A DNA stretch of 59,817 nucleotides, counting the filler, from Bipalium vagum (lineage: Eukaryota): assembly GCA_037834085.1 (NCBI GenBank). It is 3 parts of 3 records of this genome, joined end to end, with 100 filler letters (N's around TTAATTAATTAA, not from the genome) between each part and the next. Parts side by side here need not be neighbours in the genome. Positions count along the whole stretch, not along the records: positions 1 to 26,970 come from JBBMKC010108961.1; 2 more parts are not named here. One strand, 5' to 3'. The stretch's first letter is position 1, and each line of letters opens with the position of its first letter. The position numbers and the translations under genes are program-made. The notes beneath the pieces are model-generated. The model did no database searches and was not told where the DNA came from. It was given only the letters and a program-made list of their open reading frames with translations. Shown piece after piece: positions 1-13,029 of this stretch.

Positions 1-628
1 ACTATTTAAAATTTATTTTATTAAAAATTATTATATTTTGATAATTTTTAGGATTACATGCTACTGATTAGAAATCAATAGTTGTTCCTAAATAATATTT
101 AAAATTCATTTTTTAAAAATTTATTTAATTAATTTGAAATTAATGATTAAAATGCATGATTTTAAATTGGCCAGAGTATTAACTAAACCTTATTTTTCGC
201 CAAAAGTTTATTTATAAAGATTAAAAGATTGGAGTCGAACCTCAACAATATTTTTAAATTAATTATTTATTAAGCTCTCATTTAAGTTTTATTAAATATT
301 ATAAATTTGGTGTTACTATGCCACCCATATGTTTTGGGCCACCTACGTAGGACATAATAGTAGATTATGGTTTAAATTAGAAGTTATATGATATGAAGTA
401 CTTTAATTTAGATACATGCTGATGTAAGCTTTATATTTCATTAAAAAATTATAACAAATTAATGTTTTATAAATATTAAAATACATTTGTTATAATAAGA
501 TTCGTTATAAAAATTTTTATGCTATTTAAATATATAAACTACTTTAAAGTTTAAAATAAAATCTATATCTGAAACATTTTAATAATGGTTAAGTAATATT
601 TTTTAATTTTAGAATTTTTTTGTTATAT

Positions 629-2023
629 ATGGCTAAGATATCAATAGATATTAGGAAAAAAATCATTAAAAAATTAAAAGCTGCTTTGTCTTAGAGGAAA
701 GTTTCAAATCAACTCAATATTTCAACATATTATACGGAAGCTGTACAACATGGAACAATGGAAAACCCTTGTAAAAGTAGTCGTAAGACGAAAAAAATAA
801 AAATCAATAAGATCGCTTATTCGAATATCAAAGCAAAATTCACAGAAAACATCACGTGATATGTTATCGACTGAGAATCAAGCCAAATTTCCTCAGTTAT
901 TACTGTGAAGCGGATTCTGACAAAATATGGCTTGCTCGGAAGAATTGCATCGAAAGAGCCATATTTAAATGAGCAACATATCAAAAATCGCTAAAAGTAG
1001 TGCAGAGATTAGAGCAAACTGCTTCCTCTTTGGAATGAGGTAATTTTAATAGTGAAAGCCAGATAGAACGATTGCGCTTTACTTTGTGGTACAATTTAAA
1101 AAACCATTATGTAATCATTGTGTAATTTAATTTTTGTACCATATAAATTTTGATGACATTATAAATTATAAATTGTACCATATAAATTTTATTATTTTGT
1201 TTTAATAAAATTTGTTGTCTTAATAGACAACAAACGAGATCCGGACTACATAATCCCTCGCTTCTTAAAAAATCAATTTATTTTTATCAATACCGCTGAT
1301 TTTTGAGAAAATCAACATTTTCGTCTTAGAATTTGTCACTTGTCTCAACCCCTGATCATTGGTCGTCTGAACTGGACGAACAGGCTTTTCGGAAACAAAT
1401 GTTGGATGGTTATTTCTAGCACCTTCACGCTTCCTTAGGTAGGGGGGATATAAGCTGCCGGTTTGTCGGATTATTTCACATTGCTCTGTAGTTCAAGGTT
1501 CAATGATATTAGGGATTATGTTATTATCAAGGCGGCCGATGAAGAATTGGTTTCGGAAACGACAGCCGAATGAAGAGGCATTTGAGGCCACTTTATGCGA
1601 TTATCTATCCAGATGTGAATGGCGCTTAAATTGTGTCGATGGCTTTGAAGAGTTGCTGCGATATATACGAGAATGTTATCCCATTTCATAAAATAAATTT
1701 TGGCAGATTAAATATTCGTTGTTTTTAATTTATTAGTTTTTATTATTGTGTTTAATTAGATTTTTATTTCATCGAAAAAATTTAATTTTACCACTTTTAT
1801 TAATTGTTGTACCACTTATTTTAATGTGACCATATTTTAAATTTTAATATTATGCAATGATTACATACAAACATAATTTTTTAAATTGTACCACAGAGTA
1901 AAGCGCAACCGATAAACTGTTATCTAGAACAGAATACGTCCACAGACCGCAAGGATCCAGGCATAATCCAATAAATACCACGAAAACTGTTAAATTTGGA
2001 GGAAAGAGTTTGATGATTTGGAG
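629..2023 (+). mobile_element. Decayed Tc1-family transposase, interrupted by a nested Merlin element
   Basis: Conceptual translation through stops and frameshifts: MAKISIDIRKKII..., ITVKRILTKYGLLGRIASKEPYLNE..., WNEVI..SESQIE|LLSRTEYVHRPQGSRHNPINTTKTVKFGGKSLMIW. This matches the Tc1 W..V.FSDESK...TVKxGGxSxMxWG pattern. Confidence 0.8.
1070..1910 (+). mobile_element. Merlin (IS1016/IS1595-like) DNA transposon, internally deleted
   Basis: TIRs G[A/G]TTGCGCTTTACT[T/C]TGTGGTACAATTTAAAAAA at 1070-1103 and 1877-1910. Near-TSD GATAGAAC (1062-1069) vs GATA-AAC (1911-1917). ORF 1503-1691 (..LCDYLSRCEWR....FEELLRYIRECYP) resembles the Merlin transposase C-terminus. Confidence 0.75.
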
Positions 2024-2301
2024 ACTCCCATTAAATCCTCCCAGTTCACCCAATCCATCAACAAATTCTCCAAGTCCATCCAAAACCCGAATACAATCAA
2101 GACGTTGTGATTTTAAGACATTTGATATTATATGACCATTTTGCTGTTTTTGTGTATAAAAATTTAAACAGTTGTACTTTATATATTTTAAATTATATTT
2201 TGAGTTAGTAAATCTTTTTTATTTCTGTAAAGTCGCCCTTGATGGATAATGATAATAATGGTAGAAAAAAAATAAAATATTTTAATTTATAAAAAAAATA
2301 T

Positions 2302-2935
2302 ATGTAGTAATTAAAAATAATTAAAAATAATTTTTATTATAAATAAAATAATATATAAGCCCTGATAATTAGTCAAACTGGCACAAATAATTAGTTAAGA
2401 AAAGCAAAAAAATTATCCAAACAATTAATCAACGTCCAAGACCGACTACATTATTTAACCAATTAATTAATTTCCAAGACTGAATACAAGGATCCCGAAC
2501 AGACGGTTAATCTCAAACTGACAACATACATAAATTATCCAAAAACAGTAGAAACAAATAATCAAATACTAGTATAAAGGCAGCGGTTAATCAAGTCATT
2601 ACAATAATTATCTACTACGGCAAATATTTCCTACAACAATTATTCATCTACAGCTTGCCGTAAAACTAAGACAAAGTCTAAAATTACTACGACCAAGTCT
2701 AGGACAATTATTCCTGCGACAAGTCTACGACAAAGCCTGTGATCAAGATGTTAATCAGCCTTTAATACTACTAATACAAGCTTCAGTTTTAAATTTATTT
2801 TTGCTTTTAACTTGTCATTGATTTACTCTTAATTCGATTCTTAACTTACTTGTCTTATAAATAAGACAAATTTATAGTAATAATTTTTTAATATTGAGTA
2901 AAGTTTTAACTTATCTTATAAATATGTACATGTAA
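2302..2935 (+). mobile_element. Putative solo-LTR-like sequence (boundaries approximate)
   Basis: Non-coding island with TATAAA (about 2573) and internal short repeats (GACAAGTCTA-like). Followed by TTTGGTTCGA, the same motif that follows the LTR-like block at 22740-23249. Confidence 0.3.
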
Positions 2936-3059
2936 GTTTTTGGTTCGACGCTTACTGCGAGATCTAATCTCGAAAATATAAAATTCTAACACTATTAATA
3001 TAGGTTAGAAATGGGCTCATCAACTCCTTCAAAGGTAGTATAACAAATGAGTGTTCTAA

Positions 3060-3610
3060 CATACAAACTAAATCAACTGAGAAAACACGATTTATTTACA
3101 AAAATATATTTTGTAAAACAAATACAATTCTTTCTTATTACAATAATAATATTAATTAATTAAAGTCTTCTTAGTTTTACGATAACTGAAGATATCCTGA
3201 TGTCAAAAATACGTATTTTGTCGCCTAGAGCGAAGCAGAATCGATTTGCTAAGAGCACAAAAAACAGAAATAAGAATATATTATAAAAAGAACGTATTGC
3301 AGAGTATTTGCTCTGAATACGTTGATCGTTATTTAATTATTTAAACTTTATCAAGAGATCGATATGTTTTTAAATAACCGAAGCGTATTTAATATTACCT
3401 TTTATTATTACCAGCTTAACTTGTCTATGCGAAGTTAATTGCAATTTGAATGAGAAATCCAAGAGCTTATATACTCCTGATTTTCACATTCCTGATCTCT
3501 TGATTGGTTAGAAATTAAACTTTCCATTAACAGAGTAATATGTGGGGTTTTGCTATTTTAGGAAAGTTCTTCTATTATAGAACTTGCTAAATATAACCAC
3601 CTACATATTA
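3060..3610 (-). mobile_element. Putative solo-LTR-like sequence (boundaries approximate)
   Basis: Minus-strand GAGTATATAAGC TATA context like that of the LTR at 37417-37925; nearby ATTGG/CCAAT box; imperfect hairpin at about 3538-3608. Confidence 0.3.
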
Positions 3611-4035
3611 CTATTTTCTCATACTAATGTATTTATAGTAAGTTTTAATCTCTGAATCATTATTATTCATTTTAAATATTTTCACTAATTTTGGGATTAA
3701 GTTTTAATTAACTTCAATCCGCAATTTATATTATTATTATTATTATTATTATTATATTTATTTATATTAATTAAAAACGAATTTATAATTTAAATATTAT
3801 TATTTTTAATTTTTATTTAATAATTGGAAGCACATAACTTTATTATATAGAAAAATTTTATATTCTTATTTTAATATATGATAACATTAAAAATATAAAT
3901 TAGAATTGTAGAATATTTTATTAGAAAATTAAAATATTAAATTGTTTTTAATTTTGTTTAACCATATTACTGATTAAAAAGAATGATGAGATAGAAAACC
4001 TTTCACTTTTAAATTTTTATAATCGTTTTAAAATC

Positions 4036-7000
4036 ATGGAGGCAGTAATAAAGGAATTCGACGATTTAAATTCACAAAATGACTCGAAAGAAATTTGTAA
4101 CTTATTTGAAACCAAATACAATACAGATGAATACAAAACTCCAGAATTATTGTGGAGATATGCAAGAGCTCTTAGAACAATATGTAATGATATTATTTCT
4201 ATTTAAATATTTCCTTATATCTATTTTCTTTCATTAGCTATTGATACTAAAGACAAAGCGAAACATAAGGAATTGTTGGTGAATGCTTTAGCTGCAGCTA
4301 AGAGTGGGTTAGATAAAGAATCTACAAATCCCGGTTGCAATAAGGTTAATGATTTATAAAGTGATTTGTTTAATCCCCACAAAAAACATAAACTTACAGT
4401 GGTATGGAATCCTTTTGGACCTCAACGGTAGACTCGAAGGAATTAAGAAAAGAATTGAAAATTCTTTTGAAGTTAAAAAACACTTAGAGGTAATAAAATA
4501 CGATTGTAAGGAGAAAATAATGATTTCTGTTTCGTTTTCTTTTCCAGATTGCCAATGTCAACTCAAATGAAAACGATTGTGGTGTTCTCCATTCTCTGGG
4601 AGTGTGGTAAGCTTTAATTTCTGAAATTCTTTTCAACCTTTCTGTTAAATATTTTTAATGAGTTGAAAATTAATAATGACTGAAGTAACAATAAAATATT
4701 TTTTATTATTAACAATATCATTACTATTTTTATATTTCGTTTATTATTATTCTAAGTATTAAATAATAATCTTTAAGAATTATTCCTACTCGTTTATTGT
4801 TTTATTTTTGCATTGCAACCGTTGCTAATGGAGATAATATAATAGAATGATACATATCGTTCAGGTGTTACGAAGTTTCGGCTCTGAGTTGGTTAAATCG
4901 AAAATTGGCGGCCACATTTTTTGCAACTCCTCCAACATCAACATTCGAAGAGGTTAAATCAATTTATTGATTAATTTTAGGATTAAATTTATTTTTAAAT
5001 TTTCTCAATAAATATCGATATTTTAATTTTCAGATTAATTCTGATTCGTTATTTTTAATTATTTCGTAACAGAAATCTATTTTAAAAATTATTAGCAAAA
5101 ATTCTCGATTTGAAAAAATTAATAATCAAGATTTTTAATATTAATAAATACAAAAATAATTTATTATTACTATCGTAATTATTATTAATTTTTTTCTTAA
5201 TGGTTATTGCTCTTATTGGTTATTTTTTGTTATCAGTTATTATCATTTATTATTATTAATTTTAATAAATGCGAATCGATATTGATTGAAATAATTGAAT
5301 GATGAAATATCTTTAAAATATCAATGGATTTAATGAAGATTTATGGCATCCATTGATATTTTATATATATTGATATTATATATATATTATATATATATAT
5401 TTATATATATTGTAAATGAAAATAAAACTGATTTGTAATCCATAATTCGTGTAGGCTCTTAAATATCTGTTGGCAGCGGAACAAGGTAAGTGTCCTTCAT
5501 TTTGTTCTATTCATTCATGCGTTTCTATTCTAAATTTCTAAAATCTCAGCTGTCTTTTTCCGAAATTATAAATAGAAAATTATTTTAAATGGATTTAATA
5601 ATCACAAAAAAAGATAATCATATAAGTAATAAATAGTTACAATATCTTATAAAATAATATTAATATAAATAAAAAATAATCACAATAATAATAATTTAAT
5701 GATAAATAATAATAATGATTAATAGTAATAATAATAATAATAATATAAATAAATAAGTTATGATTAATAATAAAAATAAGAGTTAATTAAAAAATGTAAA
5801 TATAATTGTAATAATTAATAAAATTGGTATTTTATAATCATTTAAAATCGATATATTTTTAAAATTTTAAATCAACATTTTTGCTAGATTAAATTGAAAA
5901 AGTTCAGTAATTCAAATATGAAGATTGTCAAATATATATTTAATTAGTAAATGATACATAAAATGAAAGTGGATTTTTTATTAGTTTCTTTACAAAATTT
6001 AATTTCAAATCGACTTTATTTTTCAATATTTTAATGGAAAATTGAAAAATTATTTTCATAATCAGATAATAAATTGATTACTTATTATTATTTATGGGAT
6101 TAGTTATTAATCTTGAATAATTAAGTAGTTTAAAATAATTTTGTTATCGGAAAAAGGACTTCAGATTACGAAATTGTCATTAGAATTATCATCAATTATG
6201 CTAAATTTTTGATTTTATTAAGTAATCAATTTTTTGTCAAAGGTCAAGTGAATTTGTTTGACAGATTTTTTCGTTTTGTTAATACAGATTTGTTTGATTT
6301 CACAGTATATCTGTTGATTATTGATTATTGTTTCCTGGTTACAAAATTATTAAATAAATTAATAAAAAATATTTATAAATATTTATTTGATCACTTTTTC
6401 ATTATTTTTAAAGAATATTATTAATTCTCGAGCTAATTATTTTTAAGTTAAATTGGTTTGATTTAAAAATATTCGATAATGATTGGAAAAATATAAAAAT
6501 TATTATATTTATTTATTTTTATTATATTTCTCATTATTTAATAATAAGTTATTAAGTTTTAAAAAAGAATAAAAATGAAAGAGAATAACTCAGAATAATT
6601 GATTTTTCAATGTTGAACAATTTCGAAAATTGCTTTTTTTAAAAAGTAAAAATGTTTCATAAAATTGGAATAATAACACGAAATAAACTTAATTTTAATA
6701 AATTTGTTGAAGAATATTAAAAATGAAAAAATATTAGATAAAAGACAAATACTAAAAATTGGACAAAGTTTATAGTCCTAATGTGGGATTTTTTTAAAAA
6801 AAATTATTATTAAATTTTAAAAAAATTAAAATTATTTTTATTAATTTTCTTAAATATTGATTATCAAAAAAAATTATTTTCACATTTTTTGTTATTAATT
6901 TAAAGTACTATATTTCAGTTTTACTTGGACTTTTTTATTATTTTTCTTTAATTACTACTAATTTAATTTTTTTAAACGTGATATTATTAAAACAATATAA

Positions 7001-10000
7001 CAATAATAATTTATTATTATTATGGATTTGTCTTATTTTCTCTTCATTAAACACAGTTTCTCCCGGATTTTATGCTCCGAATTATTTGTATATCGGAAAA
7101 ACATATGAACAATTAAAAAAGAAAGCCGAAGCCAAAGAATTTCTACAAAAATGTCTGGACTTTGAAGGAGATAATACGGAAATAACCTGCGTAAATTTCT
7201 TAATATTCTTTTTATTTCAAAATTTACATCGGTTTCATTTTTCGCTTTCATAATTAGATACTAATAATTCAGTCACAACATTATGTCGAGTAATTACAAA
7301 TATTATTTTAAAAAATAATCATTGTAGTTAAAATTAAAATTCTAACTTGTTCTGACTTTTGAACTGGGGACGGAAATTACACTAGGCCGAAAAAATCAAA
7401 AATTGCTTTTGTTTTGAAGTCAATTACAATTCAACAAGACAATGTCCAAGCCTATTCATGACTTCATTGAAATAAAAATTTATTTTAAAATGCGATCGAT
7501 AAAAATATATCGATCAATATTTAAAATTATATTTCAATTTTTTAAATAAAACATTTATCAGTTCTTTCAGGAATATGTAGGTATCAGGTTTTGTTACATA
7601 AAATGTCCAATTATGATAATTAATCTTTGTAGATGTTTTACAATCTTTTATAGTAACGTTGCAGAAAAAAATATATTGTATTTTTAAATATTTCTATTAA
7701 AATATGATTTTTAATAATTCTTTAAATAATCCCATAAATTCTGAGGAGAAATTCAGGAATAGCGAAAAGAAATAATTTCGTTCAATTTACTTATATCAAT
7801 GATAATTACCACACAGCTTCAAAATTAATGCTGAAAACAATTATTTGGCCATCGGAAAAAGTACAATTAATGAAGACACCATTAGGTGGTGGTACGTGAA
7901 ATTTGCGGAATGTGACGAAAGCCGATCAAGCGCAAATTGTAGTAGGGCAATCGCTGTCTTTGAAAATAGCGATTTACTTACAGAGGTTGAATTAAATTCA
8001 AGTCCAATCGTTCAGAATTTTGCTAAAACATTCATTGTTAGCCCTAAGACAATTGCTAGACGGTTGGTAAGGTTTAAAATGTTCATCTAAGGATTCTGCA
8101 TTTAATGAACCAATCACAAATCGGTTATTTCATATGACACAACGGATTATTATTGAATGAATTTCTAATTATTATTTAATGAAATAGATGGCTCCTTCGT
8201 TAAACTTAATTAGACCTATAATAATTATTTTTCTATCACTGCTAATCAATGAAGGCACCAGACTAAGAATTTGATGTTTTATGAGTTTGTTCATATTTCT
8301 GTACTAAGCAAAGCAATTAAATGAATAAAAATGGTTTTATTTGGTACATGAATAAGCAAATCAATTTTTTAACGAAACTTTAAAACTTAAGCTTTTAATC
8401 AAAATATTCATCGTTTTTATTGATTACCTTAAATCATATTGCAGGAAACTTTTGAATGTTTTCTTTTAAAAATTCTGGTTATTAGAACCAAAAAACTATT
8501 TATGGATGCTATCCTGTCATTGGAAATGAGTAACTCATTCTGAATCGACCGATATTACTTATAATCAGTTTGAGCAATGTATAGTGAATACTCAATTATT
8601 TCCCAGACAAATTTGATTATTGTACCCTTGGTCTTATTGTGGTGATTTTTAAGAAAACGGAACAAATAGTTGATTAAATTGGAAATACTAACTCTCTTAA
8701 CGTATACTTAGATTTCTGGTGGAACGTAGCGATTTTTTCACATGATATTAAACTTTTGTAAAACACTCAATCATATAATACAAAGGAACTCAGAAAAGTT
8801 CATTTTTAAGAGCATAAATCATTTTATGATCAATATTCACTATAATCTGTTCAGATTTTCTCTCAATCAGTTAAACTCACGAGTGTGTTTTTTGCTCTCC
8901 CAAGAAATATTTTATTTCGTGCACAAATTTGAATATCTTCATTCTTCTTTTTGGCACTAAATCATAAATAGTTTATTAAAAACTCTTTTTAAGCGTTATT
9001 ATTTTAGTTTGAATCCTGATGACTAATTTTGTTGTTTAACTCAAGTTTCATTTTAAAAGAGCAAAAAATGATTAAAAATATTCTTTAAGAAACAGATGTT
9101 GATTAAGATCATTACAGTGTAAATGCCATCAATGTTTTCTAAAGTATTATGCTTTTTTGATAGGATATTTGAAAATGAAGAGTTTAAAAGTTATATAAAA
9201 GGGTAGTTACCCCAAATTATTATCAAAGATAATTAGTTTTAAATGGATGATGAAATAAAATATCGAAGTTAATATTATAACTAACGAAGAAGAATGTTTA
9301 AATGTTCTAATGGGTAAGAATATTTTACCGCGAAATTCTAACTGCACTTAAACCCATATGAATTTACAAGTAAAGTAAGCAAGATTAAGATGTGGCCTCA
9401 AATTATTAGGATTAACAAAACCCATGAAAAAGGATACATTCTGCAGGATATATATATATAGATATATTTTCGCGTAGCGAAATACTGTGCATTGTTTATT
9501 TGTGGCTACCTAAAGTTGTAATGATAATATCAATTACCGGTTGCAGCCCTGTTACTGAAATCTTGTGACGCTGACTCATGACGGCCTTTTTGGACGGATA
9601 AATATCATCATTAAAATTGATGAATCAAATTATGGAAAAGGAATCTTGAAATATTTGGGAAAGGTGTAGAAATGGAATGTAATCAAACCATCTATCAGTA
9701 TTAAATTCATAAAAATTTAATTGATTATATAGGGAAGCGTTACAATACTAGTAATATATGGAAATCATTTCTTAAGGCTTTTCTTGACACATATATTACA
9801 ATGGTATTTTGTTGATAAGTGACACAGGAAATAAATTCAAAGATTATCGTGACTGCACTTATCTAATAATGCTGTTTATAATGATAATTTTAACAAATTG
9901 GCTGAAATTCTTTCAATTTCAGAAATAATTTTAATTTGTTGTTTCATTTCAATTATTTTGGTAATTATTACCTGAGAAAGTGAGATCGTCAGGCTGACAA

Positions 10001-10378
10001 TCCATTAAGTAAATGTCACTGATTAAAGATTTAAAATTAATAAATAATCAATAAGGATTTTGAAAATAAACTCGGTTTGTTAGTGAAAATTAATCGGGGA
10101 TACCGGGATTCGAACCCGGGACCTTCACATGCGCATGCACTGCTCTGACCGCTGAGCTACATCCCCCGACTAATTTTCAATTTATCTCACACGGTTTATG
10201 TACCAATGACATTTTGGAAAATATTAGAATTGATTACATTATCAAAATCAATATTGAAAACCAGAAAGTTTAGATTTTATGAAAAAATTGATTAATTTCT
10301 GTGGATAATTTATTTTAATTGATAAATTTTTGCTTTTAGGCAAAGGATGAAGCGCGGGAGCTCATGAAGAAATTATGA
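4036..10378 (+). CDS. RMDN1: Regulator of microtubule dynamics protein 1-like (RMD-1/FAM82B family, TPR-like)
   Basis: Exons 4036-4183, 4238-4344, 4400-4489, 4548-4606, 4865-4952, 5455-5485, 7057-7190, 10340-10378; all GT-AG and phase-consistent. Motifs ELLWRYARA, NKWYGILL, HSLGVWCYEVSALSWLNRKLAATFFATPPTSTFEEALKYLLAAEQVSPGFYAPNYLYIGKTY are typical of RMDN1. Confidence 0.92.
7756..8560 (+). mobile_element. Decayed mariner transposase in RMDN1 intron 7
   Basis: ORF 7845-8090 GKSTINEDTIRWWYVKFAECDES resembles the mariner HTH region (TVxxWFxKF..GD.SL); degraded downstream. Confidence 0.6.
9243..9900 (+). mobile_element. Decayed Merlin/IS1595-like transposase fragment in RMDN1 intron 7
   Basis: About 9593-9640 translates GRINIIIKIDESNYGK, resembling the Merlin catalytic motif GGxGxxVEIDESKFGK; many stops; boundaries approximate. 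Confidence 0.5.
10095..10166 (-). pseudogene. tRNA-Ala(CGC)-like sequence with broken anticodon stem (pseudo-tRNA or SINE/element head)
   Basis: Minus strand GGGGATG TA GCTC AGCGGTCA GAGC A GTGCA TGCGCAT GTGAA GGTC CCGGG TTCGAAT CCCGG TATCCCC G. Acceptor, D and T arms and the A/B boxes are intact; the anticodon stem does not pair in canonical register and position 33 is not U. Confidence 0.7.
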
Positions 10379-11357
10379 CCATAGTATTTACAACATTAAT
10401 TTATAAACGATTGATTTTATGTAACGTGTAATTGGTGTGGTTCATTTTTGACAAATGTCTTGTTAAATTTAATTTTTTCTAGTCCATTTCATTTTGTCAA
10501 CCAAAAAAAAATTTATTGATTTGCACCAGTCTTATATGCTGAAACTGGTGTTGATAGAACATGATACATTAATGATAAGTCTGAGAAGCTTATATTTTTG
10601 ATTTTTATTGTGGCGGTAGTATTTTAATCATCTCAAATATTTCATTGTGAATCTCTTTAATCACATTTGCAATTATGACAACAGCAGAGCTGAAGCATTG
10701 AATTAAGCGTGGGAATTATTTTCCAAATAAATCTCAAATGTTCTTACTGGAATTCCACCGTTTCCTAATCTATTATTTCTAATTATTTTACTTCCTCAAT
10801 ATTTAATGAAGCTTCTCAACTGGATTCTGAATTCTTTTCTTCAAACAATCTGCTTGTTAGTCTTTTGTCGACCTGAAATTGATTTCTCAGTAACCAAACT
10901 AAAACTGTTTACTACATTTTACTCAATTTACTCAAACCTTTAGAGCTCGTCGAGTTACAAAAATTTTAAAATAAAATCGATAAATAAAACCACTTTATGC
11001 CATATAGGACTTACACTATTTCGAAAAAGAAATCAATAATCGGGACACTCAAAGTTTATTTAACTCAATTATTTATATCATGCATGACTCACCAATTGTT
11101 AATATTTAAACAAAAATACATTAACCTTGTGAGAATTTCACTATTAGACAGTTACAAAATAGATAAGACATAACATTCTTACACATTGACGTATTTATAT
11201 AGAGTTGACCAAATTTAGCAATTAGTAGATTTGAAAATTAAAATCTCAAGAAAAGAAATGTATATCTGTGATTATAATATGATAGGTTTCATTGTTGATC
11301 TATTAGGCTTTTAATTAATTAATACCTAATTTATTTCGTTATTTTTGTAAAAAGATT

Positions 11358-11642
11358 GGTACTATTTTACTTTAACTGTGTTATAAGTAGACCAATCATA
11401 ACAGATGGTTATTTTTAGATTTTATTTTATAAGTAAATAGAACCTAATTATGTCATAAATCAGTTTTCCAAAGAGACGTGATGGTTCTTTTGAAATGATA
11501 ACGAGTTGGAGAGCACAGCATAGTTTATTTGGTTCTATTTTACTTTAACAACATAAATACCAATATAAAATAAAATCCTAAAATAACCCTGTGTTATGAT
11601 TGACTTGCTTATAACATAGGGTTTTCAAAGTAAAATAGTACC
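11358..11642. mobile_element. Merlin-type MITE (285 bp)
   Basis: Perfect 8-bp TSD AAAAGATT (11350-11357 and 11643-11650). Long imperfect TIRs start GGTACTATTTTACTTT. GG termini plus an 8-bp TSD fit the Merlin superfamily. Confidence 0.85.
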
Positions 11643-11699
11643 AAAAGATTTTTGTACAAGTCGTAAATTATATTAAAAAATTAAAAATATCTTCATATA

Positions 11700-12598
11700 C
11701 AAGGGTAGTTTGAAAAGTTCACCTCGAAATAAAATTTTATTTTAACAAAAATCACATTATTTTTCAACATAATCTGGTTTGAGATTAATGTACTTCTGCC
11801 AACGGTGTTCTAAGGTCATTATGCTCTCTCGAAGGTGGTTTTCGCCAAGGCTTCGAAAATAATGATTTACTGCTTCATGAACCGACACTGTTTTCGAAAA
11901 TAGTCTTCCGATAAGAAAAATTTTGGAAACAGGTGAAAGTCAAGGGAGCAAAATTTAATTCATCGATTTTTGCCATTGTAATTAGTGCCGTTTGTGCGTT
12001 GCATTTTCATTATGAAAATTATTTTTTTACTACAAACTTAATCTTTTTTATTAATTATGATATCATATTACTCCATCAGCCTTATGTAATACTTTCCATT
12101 GATTGTTTCACCTATTTGGAGAGAATCTATCATAAGAATTACTTTGGCATCCAAAAATATTGATATTATAACCGCGCGGGCAGATTTAACAGTCATCGCT
12201 TTCTTTGGATGTGCAGAGTGCAGATTTTTTCACTGCTTAGATAGGGTTTTTCTTTCTGGGGTGTAGTAATAAACCTATGTCCTATCTCTGGTAACAAATC
12301 TTCGCACAAAATCAATTTTAGTCTTCTGAAAATATACCAAACAATGTTGAGAAAGGTTTATTTTTACTTGTTTTTAAAACTTTAAGCCAAAGCGGCAGCA
12401 TATTACTGTTAATTTTTTCATGTCTTATTCATTATGCAAAATAAAATACATCCGTTCAGTTGATATGTTCATTCAGTTAGCTATATCTGATACCTTCAAT
12501 CGACAATCTTGGAGAACCGCTCCTTGTAATTTTTGAACGATTTCCGGAATAAAAAGGATTTTAGGCGACTATTTCACGAATTTTTCAAACCACTCACG
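11700..12598 (-). mobile_element. Internally deleted mariner element with both TIRs and TA flanks
   Basis: TA-CAAGGGTAGTTTGAAAAGTTC left and TTTTTCAAACCACTCACG-TA right. Minus-strand remnants VTRDRT*VYYYTPE and LEHRWQKYINLKPDYVEK*. Confidence 0.8.
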
Positions 12599-13029
12599 TA
12601 CAATGGTTTCTGTTTTTGTGATACTTGTAGTGTAGTTTTAATTCATCTGTTTTGTGGCACGCCAATATCTAAATTTTCAAATTAACTAATTCTTAAAAAT
12701 ATTAATACTAATTCAGCTTGTCAAATACAGCAGACAGTCAAATATTTAATTCATGTAAGATTATCTAAATATCAATTTAAAGTTATTAAATAAGAGTAGA
12801 AATAAAAACACGATTTTCTATTTTTTCAACTTATTAATGTTTTTGTAATCTAGACGTATTCCAAAAATTAAATAGAACAAGTTTTGAAATTGTTTTTCTT
12901 ATTCTGAATGAAATGTAATTATTGTTTAAATATTTTAATTTTTAAAAAAAATATTTATTTGTTACTATATTTGAATGTGATCTTATTAAATTTTATTCTA
13001 GTTTTTATTATCTTTTGTAGTAAATCAAA

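Noticed and set aside
10095-10166. Functional tRNA-Ala(CGC)
   Set aside because: Anticodon stem does not pair in canonical register and U33 is absent; kept as a tRNA-derived element.
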